This document shows, one piece after another, positions 12,396-24,957 of a stretch of DNA of 64,000 nucleotides; the first letter of the stretch is position 1; every line of letters starts with the position of its first letter. The stretch is from positions 1 through 64,000 of the forward strand of contig DF237113.1 in the NCBI GenBank assembly GCA_000708835.1, read 5' to 3'. Made by a program: the position numbers and the translations under genes. The notes under the pieces were generated by a model that ran no database searches, was not told the DNA's origin, and saw only the letters and a program-made list of their open reading frames with translations. This DNA is from Klebsormidium nitens (Eukaryota; Plantae; Klebsormidiophyceae).

Positions 12396-14075
12396 AAGTT
12401 GCAGCCATCTAGATCCGGTCACGTCCCGTACCAGGTGCAACTCCTCGCGCATGCGATGTTGACAAAGTTTTAGAAAGCCTGGAGACAAAGCACAAGTCAA
12501 GATAGAGATCTCAAAACAGCGACTCGCTAGCATAGATGAAGCACCGCCCTAATCACTGAGCATGTACTCAGGCCCGAGAACGTGTTGATCATTCTTCATA
12601 GTTTGGACTAGGCTAATGTGGTGTGTCTGATGTTGTCTCCCGTCTTTAGACGCTTCTTGCACAGCTCTGCCATGCTGGGTGTTGGCATCACCCCCTGAGT
12701 GTGGTCAGTGCTGACTAACAACTTCAGGCCATATCAGAGCATGTCTCCATAGCGTGTGCACAATGCAAACAGGAAGTAGGCCTTGGGAGCCTGCCGGTGC
12801 TTCTCTCCCGGGTCACTGAGACTCAGAAGGACCTGTCTTCACAAGTATACATGATCCAGCACACTCGACTGTCTGCATATTAGCAAGTATACTAAGCTTA
12901 AGGTATGGTACCTGATTGCAATCGTTAGAAAGTCATTACGAAGTTGTTGGAGATAGACTGAGGTACCGTCACGGTCCTTGTTGATGTTCAGCTAGAAGAT
13001 AACCTGCCGGGTCTTTTGCCAAGGTGGATGTCATGGTTACAGTCTTCATGACGCGTATGCAGAGTTAGCAGCGTCGTGTCGGATTGGGGTTTGTTAAATC
13101 GGAAAGGTGGACCCAGTGCGCGCTAGCGCCGATCAGCTCACGTACTATAATTGGCAATTCGCAAGCTATGCATATGATGCTGCCGCGCGCATGAGCCTGC
13201 GCGCCTGGTTGGCTGAGATGACATGCTGAGAATCCCCGTACAGTCGGATCTGATTCTTGTATCAAGCTATAGATATCGCGCGAGCAGCATGCGCATGATC
13301 GACTGAGTACTTACATCTGGTGGCACGTGCGTAAAACGAAGGCCAGTGACAATCCGGATGGCTGCCGCGCACATATTGAAGGTCAGCAGATGGTCTTCGA
13401 CATCATAAAAGAACTTCATGCAGTTTTGAGGCCATGTATGGTTACTGATTTGAGTTGAGTTTGAGTAGCTCCACAGAAGGACGTGTACGAACTTACCGGC
13501 TCGTCCGCCCCTGAGAAGGACCGCGCCGGGCGGCAAAAGGGCTGGCATGGGCGAGATGTGTAAGATCGACTGAAGACGAGTCCGACCACGGATTGGGCCA
13601 GCTACCAAATACATCATGCAAAGCCGGGCCACGCAGGACTCCGAGCGGCTTCGAAACTCAAACACCAGCCGTAACTTATTAGTAGCAAATTTTGCGTTTG
13701 GTGACTGGACGATTGCCTTCAGCTAGCAAGACACTGTGATAAACGAAGCAAAAGAGACAGATTAATGAACGCTTGTAACAGAGGAACGAGCTTGTAAGCT
13801 TGGCTTCCGATCACGCATCACGGCTTTCCGGCCTCATGGAGCGAGACAAGAACGTATTCCGAAATTTGTCAGGGACATGAATGGCTGCTCTTTTTGAAGA
13901 CAAAGGATAGTTGCTCCTGCTGCAAGTTTAAAAGAAACAAACGACGCTCCGTTAGATTGACACTACTTCTGAATTCCTGGACGACCAGCTGGGCACGGCC
14001 TCTGACCATCATTAACAATCACCTCCGCGAAGCGGTCCCATGAACAGCTTTGCTGACCTGCAATATGTATGGACC

Positions 14076-15584
14076 TTAACCTTCCTCTTGCACACCTAGC
14101 AACGTCACAAGGCCGGCACGAACTTCTCTCGCGGCTAGCTCGTAGAAATAAACGTGAACCTTCTCATCGTGTGGGGCCGCCCCAAGCCACATTCCGCTGT
14201 TCAGGATCGCCGGCAGACACGGGTATAGCGGAAGCGCGGTCCCGAGCACCTCTAGTCCGACCACCGCGTGAAAGTTGCACGCTGACTCAGCGATCTTGCT
14301 CTCTTCGGCCTGTTCCACAAAGCTTGGCACAAGATGTGATAAACCGATCACAAAGCGCTCTGGAACGTTCGTCAAGTCCAGCGTGCGACAAAATCGGAAC
14401 CATCGTAGACACGTGGCGTACTCCGCGCGCTTCAAACCATCTTCGAGCGCCTCCAGCGTCCGAGCGTCCAAACCATCTTCCAGAACCGCCGTCCCGATCG
14501 TGTCAACCAGGACACGCATCCATGACTCCGCCATCTCAGGATCCCCATCCAGCGGCAGTGACGTCAGCAGCTCCTTGACCAGGGTTCCGGGAAGTCCGGC
14601 CTTGCAAGCGGAGACGATTGCGTCTGCTAACCTTGCCATGGCCAGCTCATTGATCGCAGGGCTTCCACCAGCAGGGATGAGCATACGGTTCCCGATCACA
14701 AGAAGCGCAGGGAACTCGTTGCTTGCGCTCATGATCTCCCTTGTGAAGCGCATCAGGCTTTCGTAGCTGTCCAGCATATGCTCCCTCCCTGTTCTTGCGC
14801 TGGTTTCGCCGGGATGCTCTTCCGAATCACTCCCCTCTTCTTCAGAGTCTGACTCAGACGATGCTGATTCCATCTCCCAGTCTGAAACCTCTTCTGATTC
14901 TTCCTGCGTTGCTAAGCTCAGACTTGAGAAACTCTCCGCTAGAGCGCCAGCCGCTAGAAGTGTTCTCAGCTCTTGGACAGGAGTTTGGAGCCACCAGAGA
15001 GCGAGTTTCTTCATGTCTTGCCACCATTCTTCTCCAACCCAGGGCTTCGAAGCTCCTACGCTCTTTGAATCCCCATCTTTCTGATTTTCAGACCGTTGGT
15101 AGCTGACAGACTCCTTGATTCCAATCTTTTGCTGTACATGTTGCAACATGTCCAGTCTGTTGAGCGCCAGCATGTCTGCTACCAGGACTCCTTCGTGCAT
15201 GGACTGGTCTGCTTTTCCTATTTCAACCAAGAACTGAAAGGTCTTCGGCAATCCAAGGAGCACGGACGCGCGGGCCACAGCAAACGTTCCATGCCAGCTT
15301 GACTGACCATCCTCCGACCGTTTCCTTAAGATGCAAAGCAGGAGATCGTCCAGGTTGTCAGTTGAAAGCGAGGCCTTCTTCAACCATTTCCACCTGAAGA
15401 GCCGCAGGAGAGAAGTCTTTCTCTGGTGAAGGTGCCACCATTGCGCTTGCGTATGGATATCCTGAGCGGCGGCAAGCAGGGAGCGGCAAGTTGCCGTCAG
15501 ACTTTGGGGATCCTCCGACCTGGCGATAATCTGCATGATCACTTCTTCAGGAAGCCTTGAGAAGGAAACTTTAGAAGGCGCCAT
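14076..15584 (-). CDS. Intronless 502-aa protein with an N-terminal F-box-like motif and a central acidic tract; function unknown
   Basis: Single long ORF. N-terminus FSRLPEEVIMQII...SLTATCR is F-box-like. Acidic stretch EESEEVSDWEMESASSESDSEEEGSDSEE. A paralogous C-terminus is present at 3-143. Confidence 0.8.
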   Translation of the reverse strand: MAPSKVSFSRLPEEVIMQIIARSEDPQSLTATCRSLLAAAQDIHTQAQWWHLHQRKTSLLRLFRWKWLKKASLSTDNLDDLLLCILRKRSEDGQSSWHGTFAVARASVLLGLPKTFQFLVEIGKADQSMHEGVLVADMLALNRLDMLQHVQQKIGIKESVSYQRSENQKDGDSKSVGASKPWVGEEWWQDMKKLALWWLQTPVQELRTLLAAGALAESFSSLSLATQEESEEVSDWEMESASSESDSEEEGSDSEEHPGETSARTGREHMLDSYESLMRFTREIMSASNEFPALLVIGNRMLIPAGGSPAINELAMARLADAIVSACKAGLPGTLVKELLTSLPLDGDPEMAESWMRVLVDTIGTAVLEDGLDARTLEALEDGLKRAEYATCLRWFRFCRTLDLTNVPERFVIGLSHLVPSFVEQAEESKIAESACNFHAVVGLEVLGTALPLYPCLPAILNSGMWLGAAPHDEKVHVYFYELAAREVRAGLVTLLGVQEEG

Positions 15585-17396
15585 TCAGAAGAAGTTTTCT
15601 TAAAGCCTGCCAATAACTTGAAATCCCCTGCGATAGAAAGCTCCTGGTGACTTTTGAACGGTCACTAACTCTCAACCATGGAGGAGCCTTATTCAACTTT
15701 CTTACTTTCGACCATTGGCAAATGGTGAAGCGCACGATAGATCATCTAATCTGCCGTCTTTACAGGAGACTGGAAACGAGTTCAGAGCTGCTTCGAAATT
15801 CTCTGCTTCAGCGTTGCGTTCTGCGCATCTCGCTGCGTGCGCCATGCCTGTAGGCGCGCGGCCCGCCTGCTTGCTTTGTTTGAACTGCCAACTTAGCATC
15901 TGTACGCGGTAAAAGCAGTCTCGAAGCGGAGAAGAAAAGGCTTAAAATGCTGACGAATTGGTGACGAACCTGAGCTCCGCGGCGTAGCTAACGAGTGAAG
16001 TACTGGCAACGCCCTTGTCTCCTAATTCAAGATTCACAGCCCCGGGCACCTCAACCAAGATCTTAACCCAAAATCCTACGCGCTCCGCACCCCCACCCAC
16101 CCTAACCACAACCTCCAAACCAACCCTACCCGTCCCCCGGCTGTGAACCTTAGGAGACAAGCTAGGGAATTGCCAAACCACGAGTGAAACCATTGAGGCG
16201 GCCAGTACTGCGGCCAGGCATGACGAGCTTACTCCGCTCTGAAGAAGCCGCGCTGACGAACCGTCCTCTACTAAGGCCGTACGATCCGCGTCGTACGGTA
16301 GAGGCAAGGAAGTGTCTACTAAACAGAACTTTCATGCAGTATATTAAATCTGAATCTTCTTAGATTCAGAAGCCCTCGTCAAAAACCTAACCTAGAACAT
16401 CACGGGCTCTGCAGCTCCCTACCCACCCTAACCAACACTAACCGGCCCTACCCGTTAGTGAGTCACTTTCCCGGGTGCAGCTGTGTTAGTGAACACTTCG
16501 TTTACTGACCGTCGTACCACGTATTCCGTTGGGCCAGACGCATTGAATCCGTGATCGACTGATCGCGAGTCCGTCGTATAGCTACCTATTCGGTTGCGCC
16601 GCCGGATGGCTAAGTTCCAACACCATACATGCCTGACATCTAGCTGAACATGTAAGTTCGATCGAGCCTAGCTCAGCATGATGATCCATGTGGCAATCTT
16701 GCGCATGGGTATCATATACAAACAACGCGCAGCCGAAGTGGACTCGTCACGTGGCGGCCGCCCGGCTTGCATGATGATGAGATGAATGATCACGACAGCA
16801 GGCTTGATTCCTCGGACTCATCGTATACTTAGTATGACAAGCTAGCGTCTATTTACGATCGCATGCCTAGGCTAAGCCATATACCGGCGTCTTTCCTGTA
16901 CATGGAATTGGACGATTGCAGCGCTTGTGAAATATGTATCGTTAAAATCTCGTCTTCAAGGGCCGGGCCTCCACTGCCAATCGATCTGTATCAGGATTTC
17001 GTAGCAACCTAACATGACCTCATGGTGAATCGTCTATGATGCAACAACGCCAACATAATGATCAGTGTGCGTCTGCTTGGCGTGTCAGATTATTGCAACG
17101 ATACCTTGTCGGAGGTTATAGCATATTCGGCCAGCTTACCTAGTTTTGACATGCGCAAGCGTTTGACTAGCCTCAATCAGCCTACCCTTCGGTCTTGTCA
17201 AGAAGGACACGACTAACGACTGACAGTCAAGAGACCCGCACTCCTCCATTCCGGTTCGGACGAGCTACTAGTCGACCCCTTCATCCAGACTCTAGAGCAT
17301 GAGCGTGTCTCTCTCTTGGTTTGTGCTAGCGAGCTTTTCTGTTGGTCTGCTCATCCGGAACTTGACGACTATGTACCGGGCTTGCAAAGACTATGC

Positions 17397-20300
17397 TTAC
17401 TGAGACCCTGCAGCTGTTCTTCTAGTCCTCCCGCACACGTGGTTCAGTCGCGTAGCATGATCTACCTTATGCCGCTGCGTCCTGCACTCCCAGCCCCACC
17501 AGCAGTCTGGCCTTGTTGAATACGGGGCCGGCAGGTCCTGCAAACCATCGGGCTTTATCAGTTCAGGGCCCTAGCGAAAGGCTTGCGAAAAGTCCGTGCA
17601 AGCGGTGGAACTTAGCTTTCAGATTGAGATGAGCTTACTGAACCAATGATAGGGCATCACAGCAGACCTCAGAGCGTGCCAAAGGAGAAAGTGACTCCAG
17701 GAGATACGGACCATGTAAACGAAGCATCGGGGAGACGGCTGCTCCGTTTCCATTTCAATTAGAACATCATGTTTCCATCCAATTGCTATTTCCCACACAC
17801 GGCCCCTGGTTCATCCGGACGGGCGAGAGGCGAGGACAACTCACCGCCGCTTGTATCCCCTCCCGGTATTTGTACAGGAGCCCGCCAACGACGCGATCAG
17901 AACAGATCCTGCAACAAGCAAAGGACGGGGTCAACTGCCAACGAGCTGACGTGTCTGCCTGAACCAGGGCCACGTGGAGTCAATGATGCAGCTCCTGCCG
18001 CCTTCAAGCTTCCAATCTCTCCGATCGAGTGCAAGCGAGTGCACTTCCGCAACTGTACCCCTGTCGCACTCGTTCGAGCAGCAAAGCACGCTGGCCTTCG
18101 TCCTAGATCTGATACGCCTCCACCATGAGCATTTCAGTAATGTGAGAAAGCGGGTGCGCACCGTTGCAGCCGCGCTTTAGAGGACAGATCGTCAGAAGCT
18201 TGTGAGCTCACCCGCATAGCGGCGAGTCGTGGGCTAGGTCGGCCGGGAGGGGCGTCCCGATCGGCCCAGTTGGCTGGATGTGGTCCCGGGGAAAATCTGC
18301 ACCAAGGTGCAGACGAGTCAGCGTCAGTCTAAGGATGTCACAAGCAACCAACTCAGCCTTACGGGTTCGGGTGTTAGTAGTGAACTACGAAGGAAAAAGT
18401 CAGCCTGTAAATGCAAACAAAAAGATGGAGGCCACGGCGAAGATGACGCCGATGGAATAAACGGAATGGAATCTGTAGATTACTCAGAAGAGAGCGGTGA
18501 ATGAGCGGATCTTTGACCGCAACTCATCAATCCAAAACCTTTGCCTAAGTTTGGGGAAGCAATCTCGAGACGAGAGGGTTCCCTGTCCTCGAATAACAGA
18601 CTTCTCGTGGTAGGAACCGTTGAGCAAGCCAAATATGTCATGTGCAATCCGTGCGTAGCGTCAATCTCCTCGTTTGAAGCTCAACATGAGGACTAGAATC
18701 ACGCGAACTCTGTTGCGGGAAGCAAGGTGTCGTTCTCTGAGTATAGCCTTGGCAAGCTAAGGGCAGTTTGCCCAGTACTTCATTTCGGAAACAAGCCAAT
18801 GGATCTTCGGAGCACCTTACCCCAGTCCCCTGTTTCGACTTTGCCCAGCGATTCTTGAACCGCGTCCTGGACCGTCTTCTGGTGCTCCACGAGGTACTGC
18901 CGAAGGACCTGAGAGAGGCCGCAGCTTTGAACATTGCAGATCCGGAAGGGGGCGGGACTAAAGCGCCGTGTCTACCTCAGCGCTAACATAAACGTAGACC
19001 AAAGCATCTTCTCAGCTTTTAGCGGTTGTGGACCTGAGACATGAATATAGACGGCCTGGTCCGCATCTGTCAAGGCCACGATCTTACCCGTAATGCACTT
19101 AAACTGAAACTTGAGCTCCAAAGAAACCGCGCAAATGCGCAAGGATTTCAGCTGGACAGAAGGAAAGCAGACGTCAGAGCTGCTTGCACCGGCGGCGATC
19201 GTGCCGCCGAGGAAAAGCAGGCTTAAGGCTGAAGGTTACCTCTTGCTCAACCTGGTTGGAGCTGAAACTAGAGACGGGTAGAACGTTCCAAGTCCTCGCG
19301 TTCAGCTGCAGCCGAGCAAAAAAAGGTCACATAAGCAGTCAAAACAGTAATAGAACCATCTACAACACTGTGAGAAACCATCTTTGAGGAACGGCTCTCC
19401 ACTGACACGTGCCATCAATTACTAAAGCCATCTGTTTCATTAGCGTGAGTGAATCGGAAGTTCGGAAGATGCTGAAGAGCGTGAGAGCTTCTGGCAAGAC
19501 TCCAGTCGGGTTTGCAAGCAGGAGGGTCTAGCGCGAATTAGGTACCTGTCAAATCGCTTTTTGTTATCCCAGAGAGAGAGACTCGATAGCGCGGTCGAGC
19601 TATTAGGCCCATCCAGCGACGGCCACAAGCCCCTCTCTCGCTCCTAGCGTTCTGCAGTGAATCTTCAAACCAGTCTTTCGACACGGGGAGCCTCTACTTC
19701 ACGCTTGCCAAGACATGCGTACGTGTCTCTGAACCGACAGACGAAATAGTCCTCCCGATTGCTCGCCTTCTTGAGGCGCATGGATTCGTGCCCGGTGCAC
19801 TCGTTCGGGAGGCCGTCAAGGGGCGGGGGCAGGCTCCGGAAGTAGAGGTCGCAGCCCGGCTGCTGGCACCAGTGGCCTGAAAGAGTGTATTTGCAGGTGC
19901 TTAAGGTCCAAAGTTATGGGGGGCTTATCAATCCTCCTGACTTGTCTCTTAACGCCAAATCTGCCCATCAATGCAGGTAGTGGGTAGGAGGATTGGTGCT
20001 CAGACACCCTCTTCGCCCTATCGCCAAACCCTATACTCAGGCAAAGACGGAAAAGCCATTCCCAGGGAAAGTTATAGACTTTCATAAAGAAGTGACTGCT
20101 ATAGCCGCACATTCCAACCAACAGATTGCAGGACCGGACTGGTCAGGTAATGAAAAAGATGAGGAGCTCAAACGAGGATATCGTTGTTGCCTCGAAAGAT
20201 TGCAGCACCAAGCACCGACGCCCTAACAATCATAGGGACCAAGTCGCCTCGAATCGCACGTTCCTTTCTCAACCCAGCCTCGTTCTTCTCGCCAGAGGCT

Positions 20301-23300
20301 AATCCCCCTTGGCATCGACAGGTTTAGTGCACATGATTTTCAAAATGGCGGACGGACAGAAGCCGTGCTTTGCTCACATCTCTGCGTTGGGAGCCCTCGG
20401 TTGGGCATTACATTGTGGCAGGCGGCGCACCAGAGATGCGCCTGATTGGGAGCACAAGTGAAGCCCCCGCGCTGAGCTGCGAAAAAAAGAAAAGCGGGTG
20501 GAGATTGAACCGTGTGTGCTTTGCTCCTGTCTTTGGGAGGACCTGGCCTTTGAAAATCTGAGGGTTTTAAAGTGCCCGGGAGTCCCGATCCAAGTGATTT
20601 CAGGGTGGGAGAACGAGAAACAATCCCACGGTGAGCTGCAGAAAAAAGGAAAGAGGCAGCAATGACCAGCTCTTGAGCTTTCATGCCCGTCGTAAAGTTC
20701 ACACTCCATTATTGGCGAACATTGCATGAGGCTTTTTCAGACTCAGATTCAGACACACTACTCATCTGACTGCTCGAGCGACGCAAATCGGAACTGTGAC
20801 CGCTAGATCGACTTAGCATACTTCTGAAAAGCTGCCACGATTTCGTAAAAATCGCGAAGCGAGGTGTCAAAAACTGCATGGATGGCGTTTTTGCAGAGGC
20901 TCACTCGTCCAATCCATGGCCGTCTCCTTTTGCCAAACCTTGGACCTGTGGTGAGACGAGTCACCAGAATATGCACTCTGCTGCTTAATCTGACTTCAAG
21001 TGAGGGCAGCTGACGGCCTTTGGATGAAGCAGGTTCTTATTGCAGCGAACGATAATTGATTGGAATATGCGAAATCCAGAAAGTACATACCTGGCGGGCA
21101 TTGTGGACAGAGGTTTTCTTGCAGGTCGTCGTCGCTGTTGTCAGCGTCACTGTCGTACTCGTCACTGTTGTCCACGTCACCCCGGTCAGCAACCGGTAGC
21201 GGGAACTGCAGAAGTCGGGTGTACACGATATGTTAAAGGGGAAAGGTGAAAATAACTTTTCGGAAGGGCTGCTAATTGGATAGTAGAAGGACGGGAAACG
21301 CGATGGTCACGAGGCCGGTCAGTGAAACGGTCAAGAGATTGTTTATAAAACACGACAGCTTCGTCGTGAAGTAGGACCTCATAGCAACTCACCGGATCCT
21401 TGTCGAATATGTTCTCCTTGTCGGCTTGTGCAAGGTCCTCAGGGTCCCTTTGCTTGTCGGGGTTCTCCTTCAGGAAGTCCTGAGCGGAGAGCAAAGAAAA
21501 CAAAGATGTATTTTAGCGAGTGACATGCTATTGAACCGTCAGAGCCTGCCTTTTACATATTGACAACCGGAAGCGTTTCTTTCTTCGTCACGAGTACTTT
21601 ATGAAAGCCGGAAGGCGCTCCCAGTACCGGATGTCTTGCAATGTTTTCTCAATGAACATGAAAGTCACGAGATGTAAGTCCAGCTCTCCTTGACAACGGG
21701 CAGAGCAACTTCGAGAGACTCGCGTCTTGCAAGATGTCGTTCTCTGGACGAAAATGGAATACGTCAAGGATCAGGATCGTTGTGAAGATGGTGCCAGCAA
21801 TCCTCGGGACGAATGAGAGATGGCAGGTTGTTCACTGTAGCCGACTTCGGACATCAAAGCGAGTTCCCATTGTGGAGGCTTCTGACGGGACAAGCACAGA
21901 TGGCGTTTAGGCGTCCTACCTCCACCAGGGCATTCAGATCACGATTCCTGCTGACGGCGGTCAGTTGGCCACGACACTTCGGACACGTGTTGGACCGCTT
22001 GACCCAGCCGGAGAGGCAGGCGGCGCTGCAGATGATCGGATGACGGGGCCTGTCAAAACCTTCTGGAAAGAATGAAGGATCCAAGGAGTATGAGCAATGC
22101 AGTTTTGGTCGGAATCAGGGGCTGGTCAAAGGTTTGCAGAAGCTCTGAGAAGGTAGCACAGACGGAGAAAAGAGAGCCACCAAAGCATGTACCTTGTTGA
22201 AAAGGCTGTACAACAAGGGCCTGCATGATGACGTAACTTGTAGTCCACATGTCCTCAAAACGGATTACAGTCACCTCATAAATCGGATGTGGAACATAGC
22301 TCACCAAAATGTGTGGAGGCAGGGAATGGTTGACACACAGTTGTGCCAGATGTCGTGGCAGATGCCGCACTCGAGCTTCTCCGACTTCTCGGCTTCACTC
22401 AACTCAATGCCCTGCGAGGTGCATATGCCGTCAGAAGAAAGCCTTTTGAGACTGCCGACTTTGGAGATGCCTCTATGGCCTCTGCTGGTGCCCACTGAAT
22501 GACAAAAGGTCCAGATAGGCTGTCTTTCTTTGTCAACCATCTGACTTTATGTGGACACATCCGTCTGCCAGAACTCAAAGCAACAGGAGGGGAAAACCGC
22601 GTGAATCATGTGGGAATGAGGCTGCCTAACATCACCTTCAAGCGTTTCAGCGGGGATCCATTGATTGATGTTTGCGTTCCCCCTTGCATAGATGACCCTG
22701 TCTGAAGGGAGGATGCTCGGCTCGGACTTGCAGGTTGTGCAGACGCTTCCGACTGGCTTGCCTCCTGCAAACATATGGACTTGCATGTAACTTCTTTAAG
22801 TACTGCATAGGGTGTGAAAGTTGAGTTTTCAAATGTCTGCTTCAGTGTCACAAGACGGTCGTTTAAGGAAGAATGCTCTTCATGAATGGCAGCTGAACTG
22901 CAGCTGAATTGCTATGTCAAGTTCAACACGAGAGAGAAGTCAAAAGGGACAATGTGCGATTTAACAAGCATCAATGTGACCAGGCGCCAAGCGGACTGGT
23001 TTCCGAGGGTGCGGGACTAAGAGGGAGGCAACTTCACTCACTTCATGTGTGCGCTTCTTCGTTTCCGTCACCAGAAATATGTATTGGGGACAGCCTGCAG
23101 ACAGGGTGGGCATCACTCATAGGTCCGCAAGACTGGATCCAATAGGCAATTTGAACAAAGCCAGCTCAGTTACTTCTTCTTGGTTGGCTAGGACTAGCCC
23201 CTGTCAACAGCTCTGGTTTCAAGGGTTGCCCAGACTCTTCTGTAGAACCTAGCCGTCAAAGATTGGTGGATAGAAAACCTGTCCTGAACGACATGGTGTA

Positions 23301-24455
23301 AGGACATAAGGCCCAAACTTTTGATAATGCTGATTGGCTTGAGCTAAGTCCAAGCAAACAGAGATGCTTTGGAACCAGTCAGTGTTCCGTACCAGCCTCA
23401 GGCACCCCCAGCGTAATCGTATCCTTGTCCGCCATTTTGACCAATCTGCCTTTCTCAATTGAAGAACCATTAAGCTGAAGACCAGTAGAACTGCAACAAG
23501 CACAACGCAATGGCAGCCTCAGTCTTCCTAGCTGATTGTTGCCTTCTAACACATAGGCGCTCATAGACAAAGATTACGTACTTTGTGATGGAGCTTCGAT
23601 CTAGAAAGCTAAGAACGTGCTCTTCTGTCCGTTATTGCCTGGGATGCCATGATGCCCAAACGTACAGGCAATCTCTGACAAGAGCAGCAAACTAGGAGTC
23701 GCACTCCCTGGAATCTGTCGTACCACCAATCGTCAAAAAGGAGTTGTTCAGTATACCTCCAATTCTCAATTTGAGCTCCTTCGAGGGCATCTTTCAGAAG
23801 GCGACAGTGCTGTCGGCTGACTTTGGGGTTATCCCCCGCATGCTTTCTTCCAATGATGTGTTCGGCATCTGCCAGTATGATATCGGGCCATTTGCCAGGG
23901 TCCAGGCTAGCTGCAAGAGGCCACGCAACAGAACCTGGTCAGATTGGATTGAGGCAGCAAACACTTGGCTGTTCAAAGACTGTGGAAAGCAGGCTGTTGC
24001 ACAGAATGTGGCACATATTCCACAGTAGTTTTGGCAAACAGGGCCGCCCTCACATAGCTCTGGTCGGGCAGCAGGTTAGCGATCTGAGAAGGATCAAGCT
24101 CCTGCTTTGCAGAGGGTTTCTCATTAGAAAGCATCCAAAATTACCACAAGCAGCTCGCAAGATGTTCTGGGGACTAGCACAACGTTCTCCTCCCCTTATC
24201 CTCTTCAGATAGAAAATGTAGCATTTCTTGGTAATTGGCGGCACTTCGCTTTGAGAAGCTATCTGCAGGAAAACGCTTTAAGAGACAATTACCAAGGCGA
24301 CCCCACGCCTTTGTTTCTTGCGCCTGCGGTTGCGGCAACTCCATGGTGCCCTCTTCGTCAGCAATGTCCGGCTCTTGGGTATCCTCAGCCAATGCTGCAA
24401 GATTTTGTTCTCGTTCCCGACAACCTGCTGACGGTTCAACCGAAGCGCTCGCCAT
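17397..24455 (-). CDS. CHFR: CHFR-like E3 ubiquitin ligase (FHA, RING-HC, Cys-rich region, C-terminal PBZ), 16 exons, ~554 aa
   Basis: Exons: 24293-24455, 23757-23910, 23393-23490, 23042-23094, 22636-22764, 22305-22411, 21920-22025, 21393-21479, 21091-21205, 20378-20476, 19767-19876 (GC donor), 19240-19305, 18821-18908, 18212-18296, 17845-17908, 17397-17537. FHA: IIGRK..VSRQHC..SSTGLQLNG. RING: CGICHDIWHNCVSTIPCLHTFCAACLSGWVKRSNTCPKCR. PBZ: RPDCWWGWECRTQRHKVDHATRLNHVC. Confidence 0.9.
20600..20660 (-). repeat. Decayed copy of the CHFR exon-10 acceptor and exon start
   Basis: The copy ttcctttttt-ctgcag|ctcaccgtggg (AG at 20636-20638) lies 159 nt upstream of the real tttctttttttcgcag|ctcagcgcggg (20477-20479). 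It reads AHRGIVSRSP versus the real AQRGGFTCAP. Confidence 0.6.
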
Positions 24456-24957
24456 GTGGACTCGATTCTTCCAGGACTCAGGAGTTCCTCGGACCTCCCT
24501 GCTTCAGTGCTTGAGACTTGAGTCCCTGAATGAGAGCGCCTCCCCAAACCCTAGAATCCGCTTGCTTCAAAGTGAAAGTCAGCGTGGGCCGTTGCTCCTT
24601 TCGTTCAACGTCTCAGATTGCTTGGGATAAATCGACGGTCCATCTTCCTGGCTTACGCGTCATCCGATGAGAGGTAGGTCATATCGACGGTCGACGTTTG
24701 CAGATTTCCCTTCAGGATAATGACAACAGACTTGTTGAATCTGAACAAACTGCACAGTGCACTGAGTGCAGACTCTGCAGCCTAGACTCAGACTCAGAGT
24801 GCTCATGCAACAGTTCTTGCTCAATGCAAAAACTGTTTGTCAATTGTCAAATGCTGCTCAAATTGTCCAGCGTTCATTTTCAGCGCATGACGCGGGTACA
24901 ACTGTCAGCTAAGATTATGTTCCGAGTCTGATAACAGGTTGCAGAGGCGCAATCAAA

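Noticed and set aside
15942-16307. 121-aa minus-strand ORF upstream of the F-box-like gene
   Set aside because: No recognisable motif. Its Gly/Val-rich composition is explained by the C-rich telomere-like tract on the plus strand, and I found no convincing splice link to 15584.
17769-19226. Plus-strand ORFs (17769, 18280, 18768, 19041) as a separate gene
   Set aside because: They overlap or interleave with CHFR exons on the minus strand and have no domain signature.
21625-21715. Possible whole-exon echo of CHFR exon 8 including its donor
   Set aside because: Only short patches match (accggat...ttctc), which I cannot distinguish from chance by eye.
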